Source: Lytechinus pictus (lineage: Eukaryota). From it: a stretch of DNA of 64,000 nt. Below are positions 51,101 through 64,000 of the stretch, in pieces (the stretch's first letter is position 1; every line of letters begins with the position of its first letter). A program made the position numbers and the translations under genes. Under the pieces are notes generated by a model, which saw nothing but the letters and a program-made list of their open reading frames with translations, was not told the origin of the DNA and made no database searches. The stretch covers positions 26,290,001 to 26,354,000 of the forward strand of contig NC_087245.1 of assembly GCF_037042905.1 (NCBI RefSeq), written 5' to 3'.

Positions 51101-54100
51101 ATTTAATTTAGAAGGGAAGCGTAATGAAGAAACTTTGGAGAAAGTTATACAGTTCAAAATCACAGGGTATTTAATAATCAATTATCAGCTACAGTTTACA
51201 ATTCGAAGTACATGAAGATATCAATAAAGATTCAGATAAAACAGGAGACAATGAATATGATAATTTCAAAGTCTAAGATTAAGATTCTGAAGTTAAAATG
51301 ATATTGGATGGACGTCTTAAGTCTTGAAGTCAGTCTATATGGATGAGTGTGGGTCTAGTATTATATATCTCTTTCTAATAATCAAGGAGATCATTAGTTT
51401 TGGGGGTGTAACAATTTAAGGTTGGAGGGATCTAAATTTGCTCTGATTGGTCTACAGGTAACTGTCTATGATAAAACTTTCTCTGTCATAAGGGGTGTGG
51501 TGATGCTCTGTGCAAGTGACTGGGGCTGGAAGTGTGAGTCATACTTCTTAGAACTTTTGTTCCTTGAAGTTAGCTGACGTCACTGAGGGTTGGTCTGTTA
51601 TGGTCAGGGTTTAGGAGTTAAATGGTATTCGAGGTTTTTGGAATTCTTAGATGACATTGGGGGAGTTTGTAAACAAGTGAAGGTGAATGACTGAAAGGAT
51701 AACAGGAAGTTTAATCTATACTACATAACATTAGTAAATGATTTTTACTTTATACAAGCATCCTGGCTAGTCTAGGAACTGACTAAAACTAAAGGGTAAA
51801 GTACGGGGTCTTAGGAAATTAATATATATACTGTGTGGGGTGAAAAACGGTCTACGGAACAGGATCGCGGCACTACAGGTGTAAGCACTACTGTGCATGT
51901 GCTAGCTATGCATGGAGTGGCTACTAGTTTTGTGTAGGGAGTTGCGAAGCAGTACATGCATCTCTCGCATGCGATGCTCGCGCTTCACAATATTTTGGCA
52001 GGGCTGGGGAACTGAGATGTCTCGTTGGGGGTCTTGTGAGCGGGACTGGGCGGCTTCTGAACTGAACTTTTGTCATTCGGAGTATCTAGATAACTGAAAA
52101 TTATAGGTCTAAAAAAGGGGGTCACCCAAGCGACACGTCCCTGTAACACCAATATATGTGAGTGCCCCCCCCCCCCAGGAACTAGAGACGGTCTGAATAA
52201 GATCTAAGTACGGTACCTAGTATATAGGTTAGATTACTATTAAACATAATTGTAAACCTACTTCATGTATATATCGTACTAATGTAATTCATGTTTTGTT
52301 TATTTTCGATCCAATGCTCAGATTGGTTTTATCATGCTCCTTCTAAAAAGAAAGAAGGCGGACCAGTGGATTATCCTGCTGCATCACAGATCCCATCGTT
52401 TGGAGGTGGTATCCCTTATGATGAATGGGAGGCAAATGAGCGTGATAACGATGGAATGAAGAGAGGCTGGATTAGAGACTCTGACACCAAATACATTAAG
52501 CTCTGCAAAAAAGGAGGCCGCAAAGGTAGAGAAACAACGTTCGATATTCTACACGTACCGCTATTAATTATGGGGAAATATACATTTAATCTTTTAATTT
52601 AAAAAGTCTCGGTCTCCTTTTGGATGCCTGATTCTAAATTTTGTCCATACTCTAATATATTTCTCAGGAACAAAACATTGTCAAGAGACCTCACTTGTAA
52701 TTACTTGTTGCCCCCATCTATTCCAGAACACCCCCCCCCCCATTCTCCACCCTCTACCACTTTTTTTTCCTCTTGCTTTCTACATTAAAAAAAAAACAAT
52801 TTCCTACTGCTTGTTCTGCAAGTTCTAAAGTTGTGAATTAATTCTGAAGTACTGTACATGTACATGCATTTGAAAATTAAATGTTGAGAGTTTCCGTCGT
52901 CTGACTTTCCTTTGTATCACTTGTGTTGTAGATTTGTTGAGGATACGTGACCCGCCACCCAAAGCTGCTGAGCCTAAAGACTACCCAAGAGCAGATTGGT
53001 TTTATCAAGATGTGGAAGATAATCAAAATACAAAGTAAGTCCAGTGTGAGGTAAATTCAGTCAACCCCATTCACATGGTGCAAATCAGATCAAATTCGAC
53101 ACTTTGAAATCCAAGTTAAGTTTTATTTTCCACATCAAAACTAAAACACATCTAGAGGGATCTACACATCTAATTCAGAAGCATATCAGGAGCTCTTCTG
53201 GAGTGCAGTAGCACATAGTATATTTATAATTGGATAGTCTGTGCACTCTTCTCTATCAGTATTTACTCATCTTATTAACAATGATTCATGGACTTACATA
53301 CAATAATGAACATTTAAAGAAATTCAAACAGTTTTTGTTGTCATATGGTGAAGAACATAATGGCCTAGCTGGCAAGGTTATTTCCAAATATGTCCAATTT
53401 ACATAAAATGTCTCGAAAGTTTACTAAAATTAAGATAGAAATTTAAGGATCAATAACTAGAGAAATTAAATCTGGATTTGCAATGATTTGACAGTCTCAA
53501 ATGGATTTGAAATTTATCAATTTTTTTCAATTTATTAAAATATATTTAATTTATGTAATTAATTTACAGTACCAACTGCAATTCTTTGCTTCCATGATAG
53601 TAGACAGGAATGACCATCGTTGCTGGGAATTACAATTTAGATATTTTAGTATTATCCGCAGACATATTATGTACCGGTGAGTGTAGCCAACGTAGTTCAG
53701 CGGAGCAACCAATTGTACAAAGACTGAAGCGTTTGCTCTACCATTATAGATCCATCAAGTTTCAAAATTATATTTGCAAATTGGATGTAATCAGATATTT
53801 CTCACTCTCTCTCTCTTCTCTTCTCCTCTTTCCAGTCAAGGACCATATAGATCACATCTACCAGACTACATGGTATATGAAGAACACCAAGGAGGAGAAC
53901 CAACCACAGGGCATTGGCAGAGGCCTCCCTTCTCACTGGACGATAAGATGACTGCCTTTGAGCGTCACGGTGACAACGACAAGCTGAATATGAAGTTCCC
54001 CAATGACGAGTTCAAGCTGAGAAAGCCACCTAAAGACAAGACTGGCGGTAAAGACCACAAGAGGAGAAAGCCAGTCGATATGAATGCAAAGAGCCCTGCA

Positions 54101-55896
54101 AAATCTCGACATGCTACAATGTAAGTATTCTTTCTTTTTTTCGCATTGATTGCAAACTTTCTTATTTTATTTTTATTTTCTACAGTTAATGCTATCCACC
54201 ACTTAGTCCCCAACTGATTTCTCTTGAGATTTCAGAAATCACTAGGACCTTATTAGTCAATGGCTTCAAAGTCACCCAGGAGATATTTTATCACCAATAT
54301 TGCATTTTATTCAAATGGGAGAAGACAGGATTTTGCTGAAATCCAGCATCTCAGCATTATCTCTATCAATGAGTTATTTCATAGTTGAAGTTTTTGTAAT
54401 ACCAACTGTTGTAATTGCATTCACATGTTTGTGAAGGTGATGGAGTCCCTCTGTTAGAAGTCTGTAATTTTTTTCTGAATAAGCATTTTGTTTCTAGTAT
54501 AGGTAAAAGTTTTGTGACTTTTCCCTGTATATGCAAGTCCCTGTACTTATAAAGATACATTTATCTACATGTATGTAAATTCTTTCCATGTACTAGTTCT
54601 TTTGTGATAGAAAAAGAAACAATAAAAAATCATGTATGGATATGCCTATAGAAATTATTTCTCTTGAGATGTTATTTTAAGCTACTGCAGATTTGTGCAT
54701 CCAATTTTTTGAGAATGAAAATCATGGACAAAACTCTTTGTGAAACACTCCCCTGTTGTTTGAATGAAAGAACCCAACCATACTCTGCTCTCTGCTTCAT
54801 TCTTTAGACCAACTCCAGAAGCTTACAAAGGGCCTGCCAGCATCGGTAAGCTCCTCTCCAACGGCTACCAACAAGACTGGTATGAAAACAGGGACACCCA
54901 CTTCAAGAGCCACAAACCATCCACGGCAGACATGCAGTTTGAGGCTGCTACCCGGGCTGATCGTCAGAGCACCGAGTACAGAGATGCCATCAATGTGAAG
55001 AAAGCAGGAGGAGGGGGTGGCTCGTACGCCAAGAATGCCATGGAAGTACGGGGAACAAAGAAGTCCGAGCAGGTCAAGTCACTCAACACCAAACAGGATG
55101 AGGAGAGGGAGCTCTTCAAGCTTAGCAAGTAAGAAATTCTTTTATAAAAAAAAAAGTAACAGGGAAATCCTGCTGTGAGATTTTACCAGTGGTCAGTTGA
55201 CAGTTATGTTCTTTATTGTTACTTTCCACATCTGGTAAAGGAGGGTTCTCCGCTAAAAGCGGAGCTCCTGGCTGAGAGCCGGGAAAACATTGCTATGTAT
55301 AAAACATTGCTCTGTTCTGCAAGTAAGATAATTTTTCATGCTATCTTGCTATAGGATTGTTCAAAAGTTGAATTCATTATAAAGTGTAGATTCCTCATCA
55401 ATTGTCACTTGAAGTGATGGAACGTTTGGGTTTTGCTTATCCTGTCAGCCCATAGATTCAATAACACATTATCGATTACTTTGGATATATGCAGTATTAA
55501 CAGATGCATGGCTACTCATTTTTTGTTGGGATATTTCTAGACAGCAAGTCAATAAACAGATTAGGAATACTTGAATAAAGTAGAATCCACGAAGTATAAC
55601 AGTTGGAAAATCACCAAAATCAGATATGAAATGTAGAGGTACTAGATTTATACTTAAGAATACACAATGGCTGAAAAGTATATGATCAAGTGTAAAATTC
55701 TAATCAAAATTATATGCAAGTGTGCATGACATTTCCTACCATAAATTACAAAATTTACCAAAATATGTTATTGTATTTTTTCAGGTTTGATAAAGTTGGC
55801 TCAAAGGTAAAAAGTCGATGGTCTGAGACACATGAGCGATCCTCCCCCATCACAACTGGTATGCAGTTAGAGCTGGCTCCTGTTTATACAAACTAG
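48136..55896 (+). CDS. C7orf57: C7orf57-like uncharacterised protein (associated with ciliated cells), 6 exons, 348 aa
   Basis: Exons 48136-48157, 52322-52525, 52932-53034, 53836-54120, 54808-55128 and 55785-55896 (TAG) sum to 1047 nt in frame. Motifs DWFYHAP, ASQIP, WIRDSDTKYIKLCKKGGRKDLL, LPDYMVYEE, RPPFSLD and KLLSNGYQQDW match recalled human C7orf57 blocks in the same order. The 22-nt first exon is the least certain. Confidence 0.85.
48259..48390. repeat. Perfect 132-bp palindrome with no spacer
   Basis: 66-bp arms are exact reverse complements centred on CCC|GGG (48324/48325). Confidence 0.95.
49104..49705. mobile_element. Fold-back MITE with ~210-bp diverged TIRs and IR/DR-like duplicated motifs
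   Basis: ACTAGTATTCAACC occurs twice in the left arm (~49114, ~49293) and twice inverted in the right arm (~49478, ~49680). Confidence 0.65.
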
Positions 55897-57109
55897 GATA
55901 TGAGCGGGTGGAGTGAGAGGGAGTTTGGCTGAATCAACTCATCTGAAGAAGGACAGAAGAACAAGTACTGGTTGTTCTTTGGTATTAACTGGAAGCCCGC
56001 CAACTTTAAGCATTGTGGGAGAGGGCTACTCTATGATGAAAGATAAGCAAAGGTGCTTGATTATTCAATACCGTCATGTTTCTCACAGTGATGGATGCAG
56101 GCCATTGCAAAATGACCTCCATGATGAAATTGCTGTATTTCAGAGGGATGGATGATAGGTGGGGGGGGGGGGGGGATTGGTAGAGGGAGGTAGTTGGGAT
56201 GGGGAGGGGGGTCTCTGTTTACTTCAGCTTCATCCCATACTTACAACGTTGAATATGGATGCAAAAATAATTTGTGTAGTGTGTACAAAAAGCATCAATT
56301 ATTCATTGAAAGGTTTACATTCCATAGTATCTGTATCTACCATATCAAAACTCAGGAGATGCTTTCACCAGTCTCTGGTCATGACATTAAAGAGCCCCTC
56401 CCCTCTCCTTTAGTTTTTGCTTACTTTTAGGTCATGTGGCATATATATTTTGAAAATGGATACATATTATTTGGGTTATTGCTAATTTTTACCTCCCAAA
56501 CCAACTCCAGAACGTGGGACAGATACCATATAATGCTATTTAGTGCTTCACTTCTGTAGCTGGAATATACAGCGTGATTTTATATTGAAACCAAAATCTT
56601 AACAACATCGAGTCATGATTAGGATAAATGCAATTAAGGATTTAACTTCTCTGCAATGCACTTCCAGACAATATTGGATTTGAGACTAAACATACATCAT
56701 TATTATGTGCGGCAGTCAAAAATCATAGTCTGCATCTGACTCCCTTTGTGAATTTCACCCTTTTGTAGTTGGGTGACTTGTATTCAATACATCAATATTA
56801 GAAACACCCTTTTCTGTGGTGTTTGGATTTTTATATCGAAATTTTTTTATTAACATTTTTAACAGAAAAGGTGCTATTTTTACATCTTTACTGTAAGTAT
56901 TTCATTTGAATTTGTTCCATCATGCTTTTTGCTTTGGATGTCTTTTGCAGTGGCCTGGCATTTGCTCCAGTGACAATTGCTCATGCCTTCATTTTTTGGA
57001 ATTATAGTGTTAGGGTGAGGGCTGTGCCTGAAAATTTGGTTCAGAATATTGTGAGAATAAAGTTTAGGGATAGATTTCAGTAGAGTTCTAAGTTCAGCTT
57101 AAATATGCA

Positions 57110-57395
57110 GAATAATAATAATAATAAAAGGCATTTATATAGCGCCATCTATCTAGAAATACTCTATTCCAAGGCGTGTTGTTATTATTATTACCCCGGT
57201 TTTAGCTCGAGCTGCCTTTCAGCGCTCGATGCATTCAAGGAATTAATCCTGCCGGGTACCCATTCACCTCGCCTGGGTTGAGTGCAGCACAATGTGGATA
57301 AATTTATTGCTGAAGGAGATTATGCCATGGCTGGGATTCAAACCCACAACCCTGTTTCAAAGTCAGAAGACTAATCCACTGGGCCACAACGCTCC
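57110..57395 (-). mobile_element. tRNA-derived SINE, near full length
   Basis: The minus strand begins GGAGCGTTGTGGCCCAGTGGATTAGTC (A box), then GGTTTGAATCCC (B box), a Nin-like core caacccaggcgaggtgaatgggtacccggcagg and an (ATT)n tail. Confidence 0.8.
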
Positions 57396-59271
57396 ACTCT
57401 CATAAGTGATAATTCTTGCTAGACATATTGTGGAGGAATCTCTTTGGCATGATGGAACATATTCATTGTATTTTGTTTTATTTACCGTTCCTGCTAAATG
57501 CATTCCTGACATTCTTGCCAAATGTGTTGGAAATTTAAGAACTTTAAACAAGTATTTATACATGTATGTACATAGTGTAAAAGTGTCTCTGTGTGTAAAA
57601 TATTTACTTCCATATTCTTTGATATCTTAAAACATTGTCAAATATTATTTAACATGAATGCATTGTAAGAACTACTTTTTGTAGTGTAAACTTCTGTTCT
57701 ATCAGAGAAAAAAAATCTATATCAATGTTTTTATATAATTTTTGTAAATATGGTTCTTCAAACAGTACATACTTCAATAATTGGTTCATTTTGACAAATC
57801 ATCATACATATAGGAATATAGTAAAATAGTATATTTAAGATTGCTGAGATTTTTTGTCTATCACAGATGTCAGTTATGGCACAGACAATCTTTTTGCAAG
57901 GTCTTTGAACATACATGTTTGGAATAGCACTAAATTCCACTAAATATTCTTGTTTGAAAAAAAAAAAGTTGCACGTATATTCATTGAGTTACTCTTCCAT
58001 TAGTTTGTTATGTCAGGAAAATTGTTAATGCTGATTGTCGCCACCTATTTAAATCCACCGGAAGGCCATGGCGTATTAATGTACATTGATATGATCCGTC
58101 CTTTTCAATACTTCATTTTTTTACACTGTAAATTGTGATAGAAAGCAATGAACAAGTAAATACAATAACAAACAGCAAATTTGTTTCGTTGTTTACTTAT
58201 TGAACTCCACAGTGACACTGCCAGAGGAACACATCAGGCGCTGTTTTCTTTATTACAACTATGGACATATTACCACATTTGTGAGATAATGAACTGATAA
58301 GATTGTAGAGCTGTAGTGGGAGAGAGAGGAGGTACAGCGAATGAAAGGATTGAGAAAATATCAAACGAGTGACAAGTGAAAGTAAGAGTGGGCTGATCTG
58401 AGAGAGCAAGGGAATTAATTGTAGATAGATATTGTCAAAGGGGGTCGGGGAGAAAGAACAATGGGCAAAGGAGATTAAATTAAATTGTGCTGAGGTCAAA
58501 TCTTTCAGGATGAAAAAAATCTCTTCAACTTGGTAGAAATTTGACTTCGAAGAGATTAATAGCATATGATTTGCATAATCTGATCTACATACTATGTACA
58601 AAACTGCTTTGATTTGGGCAAATATTGGACTTGTGGAAGTTAACCTGTGGGATATGATGCAGAGAAGAGGATTGTTTTGTTGATGAATTGTCAACATATT
58701 TATTTATACAGGGTTTGTGCTATGATACGATATTTGTTTTGAACGCCAGTATTGATTTCAAAATCAACAGCTTCAAGCTGTCACTTGAGGCAATTATAAA
58801 CATATAAAAGAGAGAAAAATCTTAATAAGGATATACATGTAGTACAACTTATATTTTTAGTGATCTTGTGTATTGAAGTAAATAGTGTTGTACCTGTACA
58901 CAATAACATCAACTACAGAGCCAGTTTGATTTCAAAATATGCCAAGTGATTCCAACTTTCTAATTGTCTGGTTTTGTTCAATTGTTCACCTCTCTGCTTC
59001 TGTTAAATTTTTTATTTCTTTATTACTTTCCACTGGTTGTGAGGTCGTACTCCCCTAATACTAATGAATATTATTGATAAAATAATTGGTCTACTCACCG
59101 GGGGTGTAATATTTAATACTGAGATTATTGAAAGCTTTTAGACAAAATTGCCAGAGGCTTAGATCGGCATGAATATGTTTGCATAAGAATAAAATGAAAA
59201 AAAGAATCTTAAAAGAAAGCGAGGAGAAGAAGACCCAACCCCTCCCCTTCCCACCAGAATTTGAACATGTA

Positions 59272-59431
59272 GGCCCGAATTCTCTAAGGTTGGCTTACTT
59301 AGCCCGGGCTAAATTTGGCCCATGGGCTTACTTAGCCCACCTTCGAGAAATGCAAAATTTAGCCTCCGTGGGCCAATGACGCGTTTTAGCCCATGGGCTA
59401 TTATATAAGCCCATCTTCGAGAATTCGGGCT
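59272..59431. mobile_element. Short palindromic MITE
   Basis: gcccgaattctc ... gagaattcgggc with internal tagcccatgggcta repeats. Confidence 0.6.
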
Positions 59432-61507
59432 GTATGCTCGCAGTCACAAGAGAGATTCATACATTTGCAGATGTGCATGAAGATATAAAGCTTATTTAAA
59501 CATTTTCTTTAGTTTTTATACTTGAAAAACAATGAAAAATAGTCAGGACTATATATCAACATATTTTAAATACACTGTACTATCTTGGAAATAAAGAACA
59601 AATTCCAGAAAATACTTCAGAGAAAAAAGTTTATTCCAACCAAAATTCATTTATATATTTAGATAAATATACAAAATGAAGAGAATGAAATACTGTACAT
59701 ACAAATACATCAATTACTATGTAACTGTACAGAGATGGAATTTATATACAGCTTTGCATAGCAATACTATGGATAAAAAATTTCATCAATTTAATCCATG
59801 AATTACAGGTCAGAAGGCTATTTATAAGCACACACATTATTAATCATTTCCACCTGCACAGATTCCCACAGATCACACGACAATTGACATGAACAAACGA
59901 GCGTTAAGAATAATGTACAAAAACACATAGTAGATGTTTCTTCCTGTTTTTATGAGAATAGCAAATAAAATTATATTGAAGTCAAAGAAAAGAATTACCA
60001 ACGGGTGGTGCGTTGCAAGAAACCTATTAGCGATTAATTGCAACTTATTGATTCTCCATTGCATCATGAATTTGCATTAGTAGCGGGAAGCATGCAACAG
60101 CCCTAGGAGAAAGTGAAGTGATTTACATTGAATTGGGGGAGGGACGGGTACAAGATGAGTGTACTAATTATGAAAAGGTGTTCTGATTGGACATTAAAGG
60201 GTGCAACAATTCAAAGTACAACTTAAAAAAAAAATCTGTAAAAACACTTGGCAAGTTTAATAACACCCTTTATGACAACATAAATTGTGCGTTATTTTTA
60301 ATGATGTGGAGAAGAAGAGGGCAGAAAATATTTTTCTAAAACTCTTTCGAATTGCACATACTGCAACAAAGTATTATATTTTGTTTATGCCCCATTTACC
60401 TTTGACCATAAATGTTACTGGGAACAAGGAGGTATCACTTTAATTTCCTTGCTTGAGCTCAACTCTATCCAATCACTTCATTAAAAAAAACATGTAAATA
60501 TGCTTAACCAATAGTTATTTGATATGGTATTCAACTACATGTCCAATTATATCACATTTATAATTCATCTCATATTGTATGAAAGTACAATGTCTATAAT
60601 AATCTTAATGCTGAATAGTAAAATGATAGACCTAACATGAATGTAAAGGAAGTCATGGGTGGTATCCTGAAAAAGCCCTCGGTTAATCCCAGACAGAATA
60701 AATTTAGTACACGCTTCTATGGAATGCTTGGTTTCATCTTTTTTGATAAAAATTCAGGTAAAAAAAAGAGAAAGTACCAAAGAATTAATTGTATGATTAT
60801 AAATGCTTTACTTCTCCTTTCACAACAATATTCATTTTGACAACTTCTCACTAAAGAACTAAATCGTGCTTGTTAAATGAGTCTGTAAATGACACTCCAT
60901 AATAGTGTGGTCTAAGTCAATTTAGGTTATCATATTAATCTTTGCTACTACGCCACCTTTAACTATACATACCTATCTTGAAGCCAATACTTATTTGTGC
61001 GAATATTTCTTTTTATACAAGCTAAAAAATGTTTAAATCATCTTTAGGTGGGGGAGGGAGGTTTAGAAAATTAGGAGTATTTTAAACTTTCTCTTGACAC
61101 AGTATTCTTTTACATTTTATCAAAATGAAATAATAATAAAAATCGATGGAAAATTATTAACATAAAACTTTGAAAACATGACAAAGAAACAACACACTAA
61201 CCGTTCTTATATGGAAACACAATCAAAAATACAAATACTAAATGGTGGAAGTAATCCTCGCTAATCAGAATTTTCTCTACGATATACATTCTATAATTCA
61301 TAGCTGGGGAGAAGTAAGGGTTTTCATTTCCTGTTTTGTCTTTGTACAGAATAAAATTTTCAAAAGGTATGCATGTCCATTTATAACAATTCAAATACAT
61401 CAAGTAAAGCTCACAAAGGCAAGAATACCTATTTATTTCACTTGGGGGCTGTTTCATAAAGCTGTTTGTACATTATGCAGGAGTTTACAAATAACTGGCG
61501 ATTGTTT

Positions 61508-61729
61508 CAGTGGTGCTCAATAATTAGTGAACTCCACCAGAAAATTAAAGTGTTCAAGTTCTGCCATGTTTTAGATATTTAACTGTGATCTCTGGTGATG
61601 AAATATTACATTAATTAAACTTTGTTTCTCTGGGCTCGCCAAACATTGTAGTGCTGTTGTCTACATTCAACACTCAGCATGAAGGAATGCATTTTGTGGT
61701 GGAGTTCATTAACTTTTTGAGCACAACTG
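61508..61729. mobile_element. Tc1/mariner-type MITE nested in a degenerate Harbinger-like MITE (~61444-61838)
   Basis: cagtggtgctcaataattagtgaactccacc / ggtggagttcattaactttttgagcacaactg|TA. Confidence 0.6.
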
Positions 61730-62000
61730 TATATTCCCCAAATTATCACTGGTGATTTAGCTCCTGAGAAAAGGTCACCAGTCTAGTTGCCACAGTCAAT
61801 CGGGAATAACTTACGAACAACTTCATGGAACACCCACCAGGCTGTTTTACACAAATTTAAATGACTTAGGAGTCATGCTTGAGTGCAATTACTTACAAAG
61901 TACAGTATGTTTAATCTATTAGCTCATTCTTATTAGGATGCAGTGGCGGGCTAACAAATCTGCAGCAAGGAATTTAAATGCAACATTAGGTCACACTTAA

Positions 62001-62764
62001 CCCTAAAAAGACTGGGAGGGGGGCTGATTCAGCCCCCCCCCCTCGTCATTTTTTCGCGATAAATCTGTAACGCGAAAAGCTGGCGCTGTGCCGTTCCATG
62101 ACTTTTTTCTTTCAAGTCTTGCGCAACTTTTGAGACCAAATTTGCGACGCCAGAGTACGTGGTTCCGAAATTACGCAACATTTTGTAAGTGCATGTCGAC
62201 CCGAAATTGCTCAAAAACGTGAATTTGTGTACAAATCCAATGCAAATTGTGTTTTTAGCCAAACTTCATAAATGTATCATTATTTTCAATTTTCCTAATC
62301 AAACTTAATTAATTTCATCTTGTTAATGGTCAGAATAAAGTAGCGGACGATTTCCATTGAAAAAACAATAAAAAACAAAAAGTCGAAAAACAAAGAAATA
62401 CATAAGAAATTTAAAAAACAATAAAATACATAAGAAAAGAATTGTGATATTGATTTTTTTTTAAAGTACATTTGATCAGAATCTTTCAGAGTCTGTGAAT
62501 AAATAATGAGCAGTTTAGAGGCCTTATCTAGTTAATTAGAGCAAATCTTTGATTTTATGCATAAATTAGCATAATTAATGAATTATGAGATTTTTCGGAA
62601 AATTTGATCCTATAGTCTTGAAGATTATGCCATGGGTAATGCACATGCAAATTTTCGTCGCGATCGCGCGGTCGACGGCCGAGATCATAGGGGGGGGGCT
62701 GAATCAGCCCCCCCCCCCCCCCCCCAGTCTTCTTAGGCATCAAAATAGCCCAGTCTATTTAGGG
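62001..62764. mobile_element. piggyBac-type MITE
   Basis: TTAA|CCCTAAAAAGACTGGG ... CCCAGTCTATTTAGGG|TTAA, with GGGGGGCTGA(A/T)TCAGCCCCCC palindromes near both ends. A degenerate relative lies at ~12300-12870. Confidence 0.85.
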
Positions 62765-63209
62765 TTAACTCTTGCAAGTTAGATTATAGCTAGAATCTTT
62801 ACAATCTATGGTAAGCTAAATGGTATTCACATAAAGAGTGTAAAAAGATTTCTGATACACACTGAAATTTACTTCACTATTGTTTCAAAATATGCTTTAA
62901 AAATATTTGGATATATATCAATATCTAAGCAATGTCTGGCTAATTCTACATGGGACTATAAGCAAATTTTGAAAGAAAAAGATAAGAAAACACTTGAAAC
63001 AAGACAAAAATCACAAATCAGGAAGAAATTTGCAGCAGAAAATTGAAAAAAACACACCTCTTATGGAAACAGGCGGCACTCAGTTCTTTGCTTCTATACA
63101 GGCATTAAAACTTCAAAATTTATATTTGAAAAAAAAATACTGAATGATAAGAGATAGTTTGCTAGTGCACATCCCATACTTACTCTCTTACTGAACTGAG
63201 CATTCACAC

Positions 63210-63300
63210 CATTTATTCATTAATTCACTCATTACTCATTCACTCACTCATTTACTCATTCATTCCTTTATTTCTCTCTTCATCTATTTATTCATTCATT
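63210..63300. repeat. Degenerate (CATT/CACT)n microsatellite
   Basis: Read directly from the sequence. Confidence 0.75.
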
Positions 63301-64000
63301 AATAATGTTTCAAGGTTACTTTTTATAACCTTGAAATGACCGAAACGTTTCTCTAAGAGCATAGAGTTCAACCTCATTGTAGTCCCTTAAATGTCATTTT
63401 TTTGCAAGTAGTATAGCACACCGCCTCTCAAAATATAATTTAATAATTTTCTGTATCAAATATCTGTCCCAAAGAGAATACTAAGAAAATATGATCTACA
63501 TAGCTATTTCACATTCATTCATTTATATTATGAATAAATTACTATTCATCAGCAATTCATAAATATAACAAGACTTATCTACCATAAAATACCAGTCTAT
63601 CCCAATCAAACCATCCTTGACCTTCACATCCTATACATAATTTATAATTACCATGATTGATAATACAGAAATACACTATATCCATTTAATAATGATGTTA
63701 TTGAAATAGACAAAGGTATTTCTGTCAATTTGGTGTTAAGTCATTTGTAGTACTCAAGATAAAGACTCACTGAGAGATAGGTTTATATGCTGTTTTTGCA
63801 ACCGCAAGGAACGTAGAATCTGCAGTTAGCATACAAAATGGAAGAGAAGAAAAGCAGTGTTGTAGTGTCTGGATGATTGAATGTGCCCTAGAGCCTATTT
63901 TTTGTTCATGCCTTGACCTCGGCCTGGGTTCCAAGGCCTTTAGCCTTGGTCTTTAGAACGTAATGCCTAAGCTTTGGCCTTGAGATTTTAGGCCTTGACT

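Noticed and set aside
50780..52180. Compositionally odd intronic segment (possible hidden ORF or viral relic)
   Set aside because: I could not recognise any protein in the frames I examined. It is probably repeat-derived and needs a database search.
57325..57395. tRNA-like sequence (also at ~11890-11950 and ~4400-4465)
   Set aside because: It is the head of a SINE or a degenerate SINE fragment and has no complete cloverleaf.
59500..64000. Possible 3'UTR of a downstream minus-strand gene and a GGCCTTG-rich tail at 63855-64000
   Set aside because: No coding exon is visible. The terminal repeats look like the start of another MITE truncated by the window edge.

Overview
AT-rich eukaryotic genomic DNA with spliceosomal introns. 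The repeat content suggests an invertebrate deuterostome, probably a sea urchin (inference). Three multi-exon genes can be reconstructed by hand with GT-AG junctions and consistent phases: the last six coding exons of BBS9/PTHB1 (+, 176-4175), a complete DLGAP5/HURP gene (-, 13 coding exons, 823 aa, 14874-26500) and a complete C7orf57-like gene (+, 6 exons, 348 aa, 48136-55896). Most supplied ORFs are exon fragments or spurious. The rest is dense with transposon relics: a Helentron/HINE with an internal tandem array, Tc1, hAT, Kolobok-, piggyBac-, Harbinger-, CACTA- and MuDR-like non-autonomous elements, a 5'-truncated CR1/L2-group LINE and tRNA-derived SINEs. I found no clearly novel multi-gene system. 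The main observations are a ~12.5 kb nested transposon stack with recoverable TSDs, a hAT MITE inserted inverted into its own family's end, a perfect spacer-less 132-bp palindrome in C7orf57 intron 1, an SP-repeat exon, a C-terminal clathrin-box-like motif and a candidate poison exon in DLGAP5, a CHR/CCAAT-type promoter, and an ENKD1/tau-like motif in the C7orf57 homolog. Homology calls come from recalled sequences, not database searches.
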